64,000 bases of DNA from the NCBI RefSeq assembly GCF_964194025.1, contig NC_134478.1, forward strand, positions 52,886,001 to 52,950,000, given 5' to 3'. Numbering within the stretch: the first letter of the stretch is position 1; each line of letters opens with the position of its first letter. Under the pieces are notes generated by a model. That model was not told where the DNA came from, made no database searches, and saw only the letters and a list, made by a program, of their open reading frames with translations. Shown piece by piece: positions 24,552 through 36,899 of this stretch. The DNA comes from Convolutriloba macropyga (Eukaryota). Both the position numbers and the translations under genes were made by a program.

Positions 24552-25891
24552 CAAGCAGCCAAAAATTGCCTGGCTTTAGAGACCAGAATAAGGCCCGAAC
24601 GAACCAGAGCGCTATTGGCCATAGCGAACCTACCACCATTGAAAAACATCGCCAAACAAAGGGCAGCCGCTCTGAGAGAAAGAGTGCTACGACTACCAGA
24701 AGGCACACCAGCCAGAGATACTGCCCTCAGAAAGGTCAAATTAAGGCTAAAATGCCGAGCTCATGAGGGCTACCTGAGAAAAGTCAGCCAAGGAGAAGAG
24801 CAGCCGGACGCAGACGATGATGTGCTCAGACCATTCCGAGGATGCTGGCGAAGAATAGCCGAGGAGACTGCATCAGCTAGCGAGCTGGACAAACTAGGAA
24901 GAGTTCACCTGGAAAACACTCTAGCATTCCCCTGGGAGTCCACGGACGGTGACATATCCCTTGACATGTCCGTCACCGAATTGTATTCGAGGAACGAATC
25001 AGAGGAGTCCAGGAAAAGAGCAGCAGAGCCACTTCTGGAAAGTGCGCTAAATTGTGGCATCAGAGTGTTCACGGACGGAGCTGTCGTAGAGGCAACTGGC
25101 AATGGAGGAGCAGCAGCAGTGATTCAGACCAGAGTGGAAGAAAGGATCGTACAAAAGGCCGCCGGAGAGTTCTGTTCCTCGTACCTAGCTGAAATGACAG
25201 CAATTGATGCCGCGGTGGAAATTTGCCTGCAATTAGGTGAAGAACATGGAAACATCAGCCTTTTCACCGATTCTATGTCATCGTTGCAGACTCTACAACA
25301 AGGTCCAGCTAGTCAGGATAGCGAAATGGGTGTCGCGATTTGGAGGAAGCTGAGCCAGCTGAAGATCACGATCAAGCTCAACTGGATCCCTGCGCACTGT
25401 GGAATTGATGGAAACGAGCGGGCGGACAAAGCGGCAGGCGCAGCATGTGCTCTCCCCCAGCGAGAGGTGGATACGCCGCTACAAACAGCCCTGGCAGTAC
25501 TGAAGCGAGAACGAAAGAAGTACAAGGAGTCGTTCCGGGAATACGCTCGCTTCTCCAACAAACAAGAAGAAACAAGACTGGAGCGAGCCGATAGAGTCAC
25601 AGTGAACCAGTTCCGAGCCGGAGCCTCCTCGGTTAGCAAGGCCACCCTGTAAAGAATGGGGAAAACAGCTGACGACGCGTGTACCTTCTGCGGGGAAGAA
25701 GAGACCGAAAAACATATTCTACAGGATTGTCCAAGAACCGTACAAGCAGTGGTCGACTTAGTGGGTCTGACGGAGGTGGACCTGCTCGAGAATTCCAAAA
25801 TGCTACTGCAACTACTAAAGAAGACAGGTCGTGCAAATGCACGGACTATATCAACCAAGGATGGGTGAAACGCCGCTGAAACGAGAAGAAG
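24552..25891 (+). mobile_element. 5'-truncated RNase H-containing LINE (Ingi/I-group-like)
   Basis: RT thumb ALLAIANLPPL. RNase H motifs FTDGA...SSYLAEM...FTDSMS...WIPAHCGIDGNERADKAA. C-terminal CTFCGEEETEKHILQDCP after a single in-frame TAA (25650-25652). Short gaagaaga tail. The 5' part of ORF 24381 is read-in from flanking DNA. Confidence 0.85.
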
Positions 25892-25909
25892 ACTTTGTTT
25901 CCTCTGGCC

Positions 25910-28900
25910 CACAGATCCACTTCATAAACTTATGAAATCTTGCAAGAATAGGGAATTCAGAGCGCCCCAGCTCCAAGCACTCCGAACCAAAGAAAAGAGC
26001 GGGCGATATCCTTGTTACCTATTTGTTGCCTAAAAGTTATTAAATGGCTTCATATTCTGCAATGACTAATGATGAAAAATCTGGCAAGGACAGAACCCAT
26101 TCAACTTTAGCACCTCGTGATAAAAATTACCCCTCAGTAGACGAATTAGTGTTAAGGTTTCAAGAGACTCACTGGCAAGCTAACGAAGGAATGGATTGTT
26201 AGCCTTCTCAAAGATGCAGTCTACCACCTCAATGAAGCTAAGCATACATCTAATCTTTAATTCAGTTGATGAAAAACTTAAGCTAATTAGCTGCAACGAA
26301 ATTCTAAATTTACAAGCCAACATCTTAACTCACTCAATGAAACACTTGATACTGCTAATGCAGTGCAGCCAGAACGTTTGCCTTCAAAGCCTGAGCACAA
26401 TAATGATCAGTTACGGGCATTTTAATTGGCATTTCGGAGAGCAAGATGAAGTCAAAACTTGCGTGATTTGGATGACAAAAATGCAGTTGACAGAATTATT
26501 GGTGACCTCGGTTCAGATAAGGCTTCTATAGACTGTTTCAGACTGTCTAACCAACCTTGTGTCACAAAGCCTTCCAAATATATTATGGTTTGACAAAAAA
26601 CATGGATCTTTTGAATATATTACTAGCCCAAAAATAAAACATAGCAGCAATAGCTGATCTTTCAGATGGCGTGCACGGTGGAGCTTGCATACTTTCCGAA
26701 AAACTTATATCTCATTTTGCCTTGGATAAAAATAGAAGGCCACATCTGTAGCGCGTCTTCTTCCCTGAGCCTTGCCTTTTTTAATTGTATTTAATACCCA
26801 CCAAGAGGCAGCAAATGCCAGAAGAATATTTCAGTTTATCTAAATTCACAGGCATTAAATTTATTTGATGAATAAGTTTGAACGACCCCACATTTTATTA
26901 ACTGGCAAATCTAATGTACCTCAACTTGACTGCGAAACAATTTCAAGTAGTGCTCCTGAACTAATTGCTTAATTAGCTGTAACTTGAAAATTATATGACG
27001 AAACCACTTATAATGGAGGGAACACTCTAGACCTCGCTTTCAATAATTTTGATGCAAAGACAGCCTCATCTCTCTAAATTTGTATCCTTTAGTGATCAAA
27101 ATTTGCTCGTTATGTATTGAAGCTGAAATTCAATTGCATTTTTAAGATAGGCATGTCTTACCATTGTAGTTGTCAACCACTGAGCCCAATCATATAATCC
27201 AGTCGGTTAAAAAAAATCGAGTAACCACACTACATTAATCAGTCGCTTGAGGAATTATGCTAATTCCCTCTAATACACGCTTTAGATAGAGGCGCCAGCT
27301 TAACCAATTTTATAGCTCCTATACTATGCGTTGTCTTCATAAGAGATGCGTACCCGAGGCGACCAGTGCCATCTTTATCAAAACTGAAGTTCTCAGAAAA
27401 TCATCAACACGCCAACGAGCTCCAGGCTCTCATCTTATTGAATAGTTCTTATCCAATTACTCTAGTATTCAGCACGGCTTTAAGCTTCTCGAGACACTCA
27501 AAAGAACCTCTTCCTTCCCAGTTACTATGCTGAGTGGTAACGGCAAGTTAGTAGCTACCTACGAGAAAGCAGAAACCTTTAACCAATACTTATGATCAGT
27601 CTTCATAAAATGCAATTAATTTTCAAAGATTACTCGGATACGGCCAATATCTCGTTTAATTTTGACATCAACGAAATAGAGAATGACTTGTCACGATAGA
27701 GCCCTGGTTTTGTTCTTTACAATGTTCCAGGAAAATTTCTTGCAGTTTTTAAATTGTTCAATTAAATTAAAGTTAATTGCACATTTTCCATGCATTGGAA
27801 TGCTGCGTTGATTATATCCAATTCATAAAAAAAGACGACAAAGTTTATCTATCCTCAAATAGATCTATCGGTAACCTCTCAAAAGTTAAAATGGACTGAG
27901 AGAATGATCTACAAACCTCTGCCCGGAAGTGCGATATCAACTTTCTTATTCGGGTTGGTTTTAAAAAAAAAACACAGGTCTCTACGTCTCTGGTATTACA
28001 GCTTTTACTCTTTGTGAACAACTTCTATGTATGACTATGGTGACGACTTCTACGTTTGTTATTTAGATTTAGTTAAGCCTACAATCGTGTCCCCACAACC
28101 TTTCCAGAAAAATTAGCTGGTTTCGGCATCGGCAGTGACCTATTGAAGCTCATCTGATCCTATTTAAATGGTCGCTCGCAAGTCGTTAGCGCTGAACGCT
28201 ACTTGTCTACAGCTTAACCAGTAACTAAGGCTTCAATCTTGGGACTCATTGATGTTTATTTGTTTCGTGAATGACTTACCCGATGTCGTGAAAGATGGTC
28301 TACTATTTTCACATGCCACCGACTGCAAAATTGGTAACCGTACACTTCTGCTCTTGAATCAGGTTTTAAAAATTGCCTACAATGAAGCGATCAAAATTGC
28401 ATGATGAATCCAAAACACAATTCATGTTCATAAGCAGATCTGTCGCTGACACTCAAACTTCCTGCAGAAACATCACCATTGCTTCAAATCTTATAAGTGA
28501 TATGGGCGTTACCATTCGTGCCAATTGGAAACGGAATAGTCATATCCTGAATAAAATCAATAAGGCATTATCTATCTCTCTTAATAAATTTTCTTAAAAG
28601 TCTCCCGAAGTCCACAGAAGACAAGTGTGAACTTGCTATGTTTTATCCGCATTTCTAAACGCCTCTGAAGAATGGCGTTCGTCAACAGCTCCTTTCTATC
28701 TAAACTAGAGCTCTTTCAAAGTAGAGCAACCAAGTGGTTTTCTGACGAATCTTCCTGCGTTGACAGATTACGCGAACCTAAAATTCTTCCGATAAGTCTA
28801 CTTCTAGAGATGAAAGACATTCTTTTTCTGAGCGAACTGCGGGATTTGAATTTCCTCTCGATCCTGTTGCACTTGGTGATCCGAAAGGTGATTATTTTCT

Positions 28901-29191
28901 TCGACGAAAACAACAGCTAACAGTCTCTAAGACCTCATGCAAACTGGCCGACTCCGATTTCTTCGTGCGAGTATTAAGTTTGGAAACTTCTTGCAACGAT
29001 TTACAGAACTCGACATTTTTGAAGAACCTAAAATGTTTAAGAAGAAGCTGAAGAAACAGTTTATGGTGTTCTGGATTACAACCACTCTCGGAAATTTTAA
29101 ACTTCTGTCATGTTTAACTTTTTATTGTTTTAGTTCCCGTTTTTGTATGAGCTTTCAATGCCGCTAATAAAGTCTTTTACTACTACTACTA
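25910..29191 (+). mobile_element. Near full-length but heavily decayed CR1/L2-group LINE
   Basis: APE remnants (PT..GGNTLDLAF, about 27000), RT remnants (YLDLVK.YNRVP about 28060, FVNDLPD about 28264), 3' aataaa plus (TAC)n tail at about 29165-29191. Confidence 0.75.
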
Positions 29192-29224
29192 CATCAGTGC
29201 TCGATAAAAATAGATCTTTGATTT

Positions 29225-29530
29225 AACCGTCAGTTAAGATGGGGTGCTTCGCCGCACTAGGAAAAACTCTTTCATGGCTTTACCAATTATGAACTTGATA
29301 TTTTCACTCCAATTCAGGATCCCTGTGATGACAAAACCCACATCTTTTACTCGTGTCTCGGCTTTGATCTCATTGTCCACCAGCATAGAAGTTGCTGCTG
29401 TGGGTGACTCAGGGTTTTCCTGACTTTGAGCTCGCTCAAAGAGCACTTTATGTAGTTAAACAGGTAATTTTGTATACCCCAACAGTATAAACTGAATAGA
29501 TCGTCTTTCAATTCAATTTCGTCAAGTCTT
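29225..29530 (-). mobile_element. Short CR1/L2-like RT C-terminal fragment
   Basis: VKDVGFVITGILNWSENIKFIIGKAMKEFFLVRR matches the KDLGV..L.W..HI..KA motif. Confidence 0.6.
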
Positions 29531-29601
29531 TCGCATTTCCGTGGAGGAGTAGACTATGTTAGGCCAATCATTTACAACTGTTTTACTACTCTTTAATTTA
29601 C

Positions 29602-29729
29602 GGGTTTTTCTCATTATAGCCCCCCAGCTTAATGGTCAGATAACCTATAGCCCCCCCCCCCCCCCAATCATGGTAAATATACCATAATGGGGGGCTATAT
29701 TTTCATGGGGGCTATAATGAGAAAGACCC
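29602..29729. mobile_element. MITE, 128 bp, about 23-bp TIRs, probable 8-bp TSD
   Basis: GGGTTTTTCTCATTATAGCCCCC ... GGGGGCTATAATGAGAAAGACCC. Flanks taatttac / aaatttac. Confidence 0.7.
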
Positions 29730-30127
29730 AAATTTACTTACATGGTGAAGCATTTTGATGCTGATGTACCCCCCACGGATGCATAGTAATATTAGAAAAG
29801 GTCTTTGATAACAGCATTTCCATACAAAGACAGCGAGTTCGCTCATCCCAATCACCAAAAAGATAGTCACTGAAGATGACAACTCGTGCAATTGATATCT
29901 TTTCAATATCACACGTTACCACAGGTGAATTTGTCTCATTAAATGAATTAAGCTCACATATGACGTCAGGCAAACACTTCTCATGGATTCGCTTTGGATC
30001 CCCATAACACCACGACATAACTGAAAATCAAGATAAAAGAACCAGTTCTACAATGGATTAATCTTTACCATATGCAGCCAGTACAGGTCTCACCATATAA
30101 AAACTGAAAGCTGTTTTAAAATAAAAA

Positions 30128-30293
30128 GGATCTTTTCCGTTTGTGCCCCCCAAGCTTAGTGGGCACATATTATTTGCTTCCCATAGCCGCACGTGCCATG
30201 TTTTCTCATAATGATTTACTATGTAATGGCACGTAGGCCTGTAACTGGGGGGCGCATAACGTACTGGGGGGGGGGCACAAACAGAAAAGATCC
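30128..30293. mobile_element. MITE, 166 bp, about 23-bp TIRs
   Basis: GGATCTTTTCCGTTTGTGCCCCC ... GGGGGCACAAACAGAAAAGATCC. TSD not clear. Confidence 0.65.
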
Positions 30294-30368
30294 AATAGGA
30301 CAATCCTCGTAGGACAATCCAATGGATGAGTAGTGATCCCCCACTATGAGACATCACTGCATCGTATA

Positions 30369-30961
30369 GTCTCCCTTCTACAAGTCAATGATCGTACCAA
30401 TTTTAGTGTACGGCAGTCCTTGTTACGGTTTAAGCCGCTATGTTATGACACAACTTGAAAATGTACAAAAGAGAGTAGTTAAATGGATAGTCTACGGTGA
30501 ACTAACATATAAAGATGCCCTTTTGTCACTGTCGATTTTACCACTACCTATGTACATACAGATTAACAACCTCCTAACGTTAGCTAAATTAGTTGAAGGT
30601 CGCTACGACACCAGTTTGCTCAAAATTCCTTTGTACACCGAGTCCTCGCGCCGCAAATTGTTTCAGCTTTCGAGACCAGCGAGGAAAAATCTCGAGGAGA
30701 ACTTCTTCTTTCGAACATGTAGACTGTCTGATGTTCTCGGCGTCAATATACGTGATACAACTGGGTTGAAGAAAAGATTGCTCCGCACTTTCTGGGACAA
30801 ATTCAACAACTACGATGAGAGGAATAAATGTACCTGGAGACTGGCATGCGATTACACGACAAAGAACTGGAGAAGCAAACTTACAATTTAGAACTTGCAA
30901 ATTGAAGGGGTTCAGAACCCTTGTGCAGTATCACAGAAGCCCTACTACTACTACTACTACT
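30369..30961 (+). mobile_element. Young 5'-truncated CR1/L2-group LINE 3' end
   Basis: Intact C-terminal ORF (LYKSMIVPILVYGSPCY...LENVQKRVVKWI) and (TAC)n tail at about 30943-30961. Confidence 0.85.
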
Positions 30962-31309
30962 ATATAACTTTAGGGACAAGGCACTATAGCTCTTTTAGAG
31001 CTGCGTCATGAGAAATATAAACAGACATCACTACATCGTATATAATTTTACAGACAAGGCACTATAACTCTTTGAGCTGCGTCAAAAGAATTGAATTTCT
31101 ATATAAGCTAATTTGTTAGAATATAGTCTCCCCTCCCGCACTATGTCACTGCAAGAACTATGAATGTCGGTCGGCCGTTTGGAACAACGGCACGCTCTGA
31201 CGCATACGATAACTCTGCGCAGAGGAGCAAAGTTTATTGACGTGCGTATTTACGTTATTTCGTCCGAGTATGATTCATCTTTCTTTTCAGTAATTTTGCG
31301 AGCTAGTAG

Positions 31310-32910
31310 TATAGAATCCCTTGTAATTAACTTAGATTCTGGAGTATCCTCTGAATTCTTGCGAAAAATTCGAAATCGTGGAACTAGTTGAATTCAAAAT
31401 ATTATAGGCAAAGTTCACCTCAAAGAAGGATTAATACAATTTTACTTTTATAAAAGTGAAATGTAGGGAAGGCAGTTAGTTTCAGCAATTCCGTTAAAAG
31501 TTATTATGAACAGTTATACTCGAATTTAACCGGTTTAGCCCCCCGGTTTTATCTTTATTTGCGTTTACCAAGATAACTTGGTCCCAGAGTCCTTGCCTTA
31601 GGACACATCCTTTATTTCACAGTTATGTTTCAGTACTGTTATATATTTATATAGATTCATTTTTTTTAGGTCGGAGCAATTTTAAATTCTATAGGATTCA
31701 TCCGTTTTACTGGGTAAAATTTTGGTTTTACCGTTTGGGGTAGACAAATAAGACAATCTAATGCTTACTAAACTGAAAATTGCGAAACCTAATAGTTTGC
31801 TAAATCATTTGAACCGGAAACTATTATAAGTTTTGATACTTACATTTTTCCGTTCAGAAATGCAAATCGTTGCCCCTGTTTCCGGTTGTTATATTAAAAC
31901 ATTTACCAAACTGAAAAGTGCAAAACTTAATGGGTTCTTAACTCATTTGAACCGGAAACTGTAATAAATTTTGATACTCACCTTATTTTGTTCAGGAATG
32001 CAAATCTTTGCCGCAGTTTCCAGTTGTTACATTTAAACAAATAATAATGACACAAATAGCACTTTTGATGTGAACTAACTTGTTTTTTGTGGTAACTCAA
32101 TGCAGCTCTCCTCACTTGAGAAATTGCGGATTCGCTTCTTCCAGGAAGATCTTTCACCCCAAAGAAGCAGCCCACTATCACTGACCACTGAATCCGAGCT
32201 CTGCAAAGAACGTCCACTGAGTGCTCAGACACTCCCAGTGACTTGCTCTGATTCCCTTCTCTGAATAAGTGTTCACTCCCAGCAACTCGCTGTATTTCTG
32301 CTCAATGTTGACTAATTTCTCACACCGCAGGAACTGACTCTTCTTCTTTTTCTACTGTGTTTTGCCTTTCGTGTTTCTCTCAACTTGCCTGCGCAGTGTT
32401 TTCTCTGCAATGTCATTTTGTGTCGCTGCCGCTGAACTTGCCTCTTTCAGTCAAACCCTTGCCGAGCCGAGAAAGTGTGTTTATTTTCTCGCAGCAACAA
32501 TTGCTGTGTTGACAAAGCTTGTGTTCCCTCTTCCGCACAATCACTGGCCGTGCCGATAATCAAAACACTGGGTTTTGTTCCGGGTTCGATATTCTTTTCT
32601 TAACAAAAAAAACAATTCTCTGTCGCCAATATAAAATCCCTTGTAATTAATTTAGATTCTAAAGTATGCTCTGAGTTCTTGTGAAAAAATCAAAAAAACG
32701 GCTCTAGTTGAATTCAGAAATTATAGGCAAAATTCAGCTCAAAGAAGGATTAATACATTTTAAAATCTATAAATGTGAAATGTAGGGAAGTCAGCTTCAG
32801 CAAATGCATTAGAAGTTATTATGATCCGTGATACTCGAATTTAACTGGTTTAGACCCAAGTTTTATCTTTATTTGTGTTTAACAAGATAGGTTGGTCCCA
32901 GAGTCCTTGC
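31310..32910 (-). mobile_element. Internally deleted Gypsy-like LTR element
   Basis: About 285-bp direct repeats at 31310-31596 and 32630-32910. PBS-like TGGCGACAGAG directly after the upstream LTR (32628-32618). PPT-like AAGTGAGGAGAG followed by TG at about 32104. No intact coding capacity. Confidence 0.6.
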
Positions 32911-33129
32911 TCTGTTTGTTTTTCCCAGACGCAGTGTTTGGTCCTAACGATAGCGTTGAACATCTTATTTATTCTCTGACATTATCTCGGTTCTAATTTT
33001 TCAACCATAAACTCTTGTGACAATTATCTAAAGATACTGTGTCATAAATGTTAAGCCATAAATCCGCGTGTCTATCTGTCATTTTCAAGTTTTTTTTGTT
33101 TGAACCCTTTTATAATGTAATTTTTTGTA

Positions 33130-35190
33130 AGTTTCCGCAATAAAAAATTCGTGAGCATGTTTGTGCGGTCATTACAGTTCTTTAATTGTGCGCATTGCGG
33201 ACGGTCCTGCGCCCCCATGCAGGAAAACACGATTGGAACGAAGTTACTCTTCTCGAAGTCAAATATTAGTTGCTCACAATTCAGGCACTTCAACGACTCA
33301 TGATACTTGTACACATCTACGGAGAATTTCGGGCATGACATGGCAGGTGTATTAACAATCTTCTCCTCGAAAAAATGAAGATTGAGCCTGGACCCCCATA
33401 GGCCATTCGATTCAGTGTCTAGTCACGCGCTTTCATCAGTTCCAATAATTTTGTGTATGAAGGACTCGCCTCGAAGCAACTGAGGAGTCGGCTCAAATTC
33501 GACTTCATAGCAAACGTCATGCACAATCTTAGTAAAGGTGTCTGGGATCTCACTAAGTCTCATAAGTATACCCCCTTCGCACAGTAGAGAGCATGTGACA
33601 GGGTTAACTTTTCACCGAATGGACAATTAATGGGCGTTTTTGGCCTGAAAGTTATATCGAAGGCAAAGCCCGTCTATAATTTTGGACTTCGTTAGTTTAA
33701 TACAGAAATATTTAAGCGCTAGGGCATTGAGCCAGTTCGAGGCCTCCTTTTCTGAAGTAATTTCTATTACAAGGCGTTGCGCGATCTGAAGGCTTTTCAT
33801 AAGATTCTTCTTACAAGCTCGAACAATATTCAGGCTTGCGGTTCGTTGGTCGTGCGTTATGCATTCTTGGTTGAGATGAGCATTTTCTCGATCCTCCTCT
33901 TCAAGAGGAGCCCATGCGGTCAGCGAAGCAGCGTGCTCCGTTTCGTATTCTATTGGCTCCTCGATATTAAGTCCGTTCTCCCGGATGGGTAGCGAAAACA
34001 ATAGCCGTGCGGATTGAGACAGCGGAGAGTCAAAGAACGACATTAGGACGTGCGTTCGGATGCTGGGTTTTGCGTCTGTTATGATATTCCTTGAGTTGGT
34101 TGTTGTCCTGGTCACAAAATTTAATTGTGAGCAATGCGTAAGCGTTTTTAGGAGATCTTTTTGCCACATGTCGTAATATTTTCTACAAATTGGCCCATTT
34201 TTCAGCCGTGATAACTTTACAGCTCTTATAAGCTTTCTCATTGTCTATTACGGATCCTAGAACGAGGGAGCCGTCAACAATTTCAATTGCCGTCCCCTCA
34301 AATAACCTGAAAGCTTTGATCTTTGAAGTTTTTTTATACTATAAATTGAAACCTCGCGGCGTTCACGTTGTAGCCAAAATAGCTACCATGTTCACTGAAC
34401 TATTTGAAGAACAGGAGCAAGTCCTGCAAACGTCCCACTGCATTTCTTTCGTCTTCGTACCATTTTTGCAGCACGCGCGTATTCTGGGTCAAGCCTGTGC
34501 AAGGGGAGGGTGACAATTGCAGACGTAGCAATAGCAATAGGGTCCCCTTGAGTCGTGCCCTCTAGAGACTGCAGTGTTTTTTCTGCGACATAAAAATCCG
34601 ACCGGGCTGTTAATAATTTTTGAACAACAAAACCCAAAGCTGGGCAATTGTTTTGATATTTTCAACTGCCAAGTTACGGTTGAGGCAGTTGAAGGCTTTT
34701 TTTGCGTCTATTAGAACAGCCAGAATTTTTTAGATTTTCCATAATGCGAGCGCAGAAAGCGAATTGCGCGTCAAACCCCGCTTTTTTGGCCCACAAAAAG
34801 TTGTGTGTTCCCGCCCATGAAGTGTACGTCGTTTTCGATACGTTTGATAATAAATTTGTCTGTGATGCGACGGAGAACTTATCCTACGCCAATTGGTCGA
34901 ACACAAAGTTTTTTGTTTAAGTGGATTAGTCTGCATGCGTTGTAAACTCCGCGAGATTTTTCAGATACTTTTCAGTTGTCAGTCGAAGCGCATTTTTGGA
35001 TACAGTTTTTGCTAATTTTACTGAAACTTCTCTGAAACAAGTGAAAGTTTGTCTCAAATCGTTTGCGTCTAAACGGGAGGGTCCAAAGCTGCCATGTGTC
35101 TTCATGGCTGCCTTTTTAACTGCCCATGCGCCTATGTTTTTGAAGATTGCAGGGTGGTAGGGGTTGATCAAAAAAGTTCTCGTCAACTAT
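33130..35190 (-). mobile_element. Decayed RLE-type (CRE-like, second family) retrotransposon
   Basis: THGSFGPSRLDAND, SLEGTTQGDPIAIA, ASNWLNALAL...LCLRY and FVPIVFSCMG. Confidence 0.8.
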
Positions 35191-35211
35191 GTAATTGAGG
35201 TTGAATTGGGA

Positions 35212-36020
35212 ACCCTCTGAAGAACAAAGCGCTATATAACAAGACGACTCAAAGGATTCCGTATGTGGCACATGTGGCCTGTCAGGGAATCTTACGCGTC
35301 TACCCCATTATAGCACCCTTAGCATAGTGGTCCAATAACCTATAGCCCCTAATAAGAAAACAAAAATTAAGATCAACCCTCCCCAACACTGGCTGAACTT
35401 TGGCTGGTTCGGGATCCTCCTGGAACTACGTCTGGGAAAAACATTTCGTCTTCCTAAACTCTATCAGTAAATGAAAAGTTTAAACACAAATTCCAGCTGA
35501 GAAAAATTTAGAAAAAAAAACACAGACAGCATTTGAACATAAACACTAAACAAGTCTTGGCAAAATTCGATGATGCAAACTAACAACCTATCCTGTTCAA
35601 GTCTATCTTAACAGCCCACCATCTATGTCAAGTACCCTCTGGAAAACAAAGCACTGTAAAACAAGACGGCTAAAAGGATTCCCTAAATTGCACATCTGAC
35701 TGGTCAGGAAACCTTACCCGTTTTTCCCATTATAGCACCCCAGCATAGTGGTCAAACAACACATAGCTCCAATAAAAAAAATCAAAAAATAAGAATGCAC
35801 CTCCCCAACACTGGGTGAATAAGGACTGGCCCGGGAGCCTCCTAACACTAGGTCTTGATATAACATTTTGACTTCTTCAAATCTAACAATAAGTGGAAAA
35901 ATTATACACTAAAATCAGCTGAGAAAATTGTAAAACAAAAGACAGACAGCATTTGAACATAAACACTTAAGAACTCTTGGCAGAAGTAGATGAGTCGAAC
36001 TAACAACCTACCATCTTCAA
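35212..36020. repeat. Tandem duplication, about 420-bp unit x2
   Basis: accctctg.a.aacaaagc at 35212 and 35634. Each unit contains a copy of the left arm of the 29602 MITE (cattatagc.ccc.agc.ta.tggtc). Confidence 0.75.
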
Positions 36021-36058
36021 CAACAACTCCTTTTGAGGCATCAACGGTTTCGGCCGCC

Positions 36059-36575
36059 TTAGTGTCTTAGTGTCCTTGAGCCTCTAATACAGCGAATCAA
36101 ATTCTTCAGGAGAGCGAAACTGCTTTTTATCCTAAGATATGATATGATGTCAGCGAAGTTGTCCTCTTTTTGCGCAGAGAATTCCAAGCCTGTTGGCTTA
36201 GCGCACTTGTAACTGATGGGCCAGCTCCACCAGTTCATGCGAACACAAGACAAAAAATGTTGCTTTTCTTGACATCAACTATTCTTTTATCATATTTGTT
36301 CGTCTAATAAATTCATAAGTTTTGCAGTCTTCGCTAGTGCTTTCAGGCCACATTTTTGCCAGTGGATTGAAAATTATTACATCGAAGTATGTTTTTTTGA
36401 ACCTGCATTTCCGAAGTCTGATGGACTGGATATATAATCTTGCATCATTAGCAGTGTTTGATTTAAGAGCATAAGTTTCCCTTTGCAACGGCTGAAGTTG
36501 AGGTTCGATCTCAACATCATCAGATAACTCTTACAGAATTTGCAAAGATATTGAGAAGTCCATTATGTCTCATTC
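36059..36575 (-). mobile_element. 3' (RLE) fragment of CRE-like second family
   Basis: NTANDARLYIQS...KTYFDVIIFNPLAK and YLRIKSSFALLKNLIRCIRGSR. Confidence 0.75.
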
Positions 36576-36899
36576 GTTTTAGAAAACACTAGAGTAAGCC
36601 GACTTATTTAAGAAACAATAGGTCGATCTATTTGATGGCCAAAATTTAAAAACCGTTGCTCTCTTTCCCACTTGTGTTAAAAACACCTTAAACCATTTTT
36701 TTGTTAATAAAGAGAGTATAGTTATCGACGTCAAGTGCAACGAATCTATGCTAAAAATTTTATTTTATCTGATTGCACACCAATATTAATAGATCTTAAC
36801 ATGAGTCCCGAAAAAATGAAGAAACCCAATTGTACAAAATTTTGAGTTACGTTGGTTTAAAGGGCAATCTGAGATTTAACCCTTTCAAAACTAATTGCT

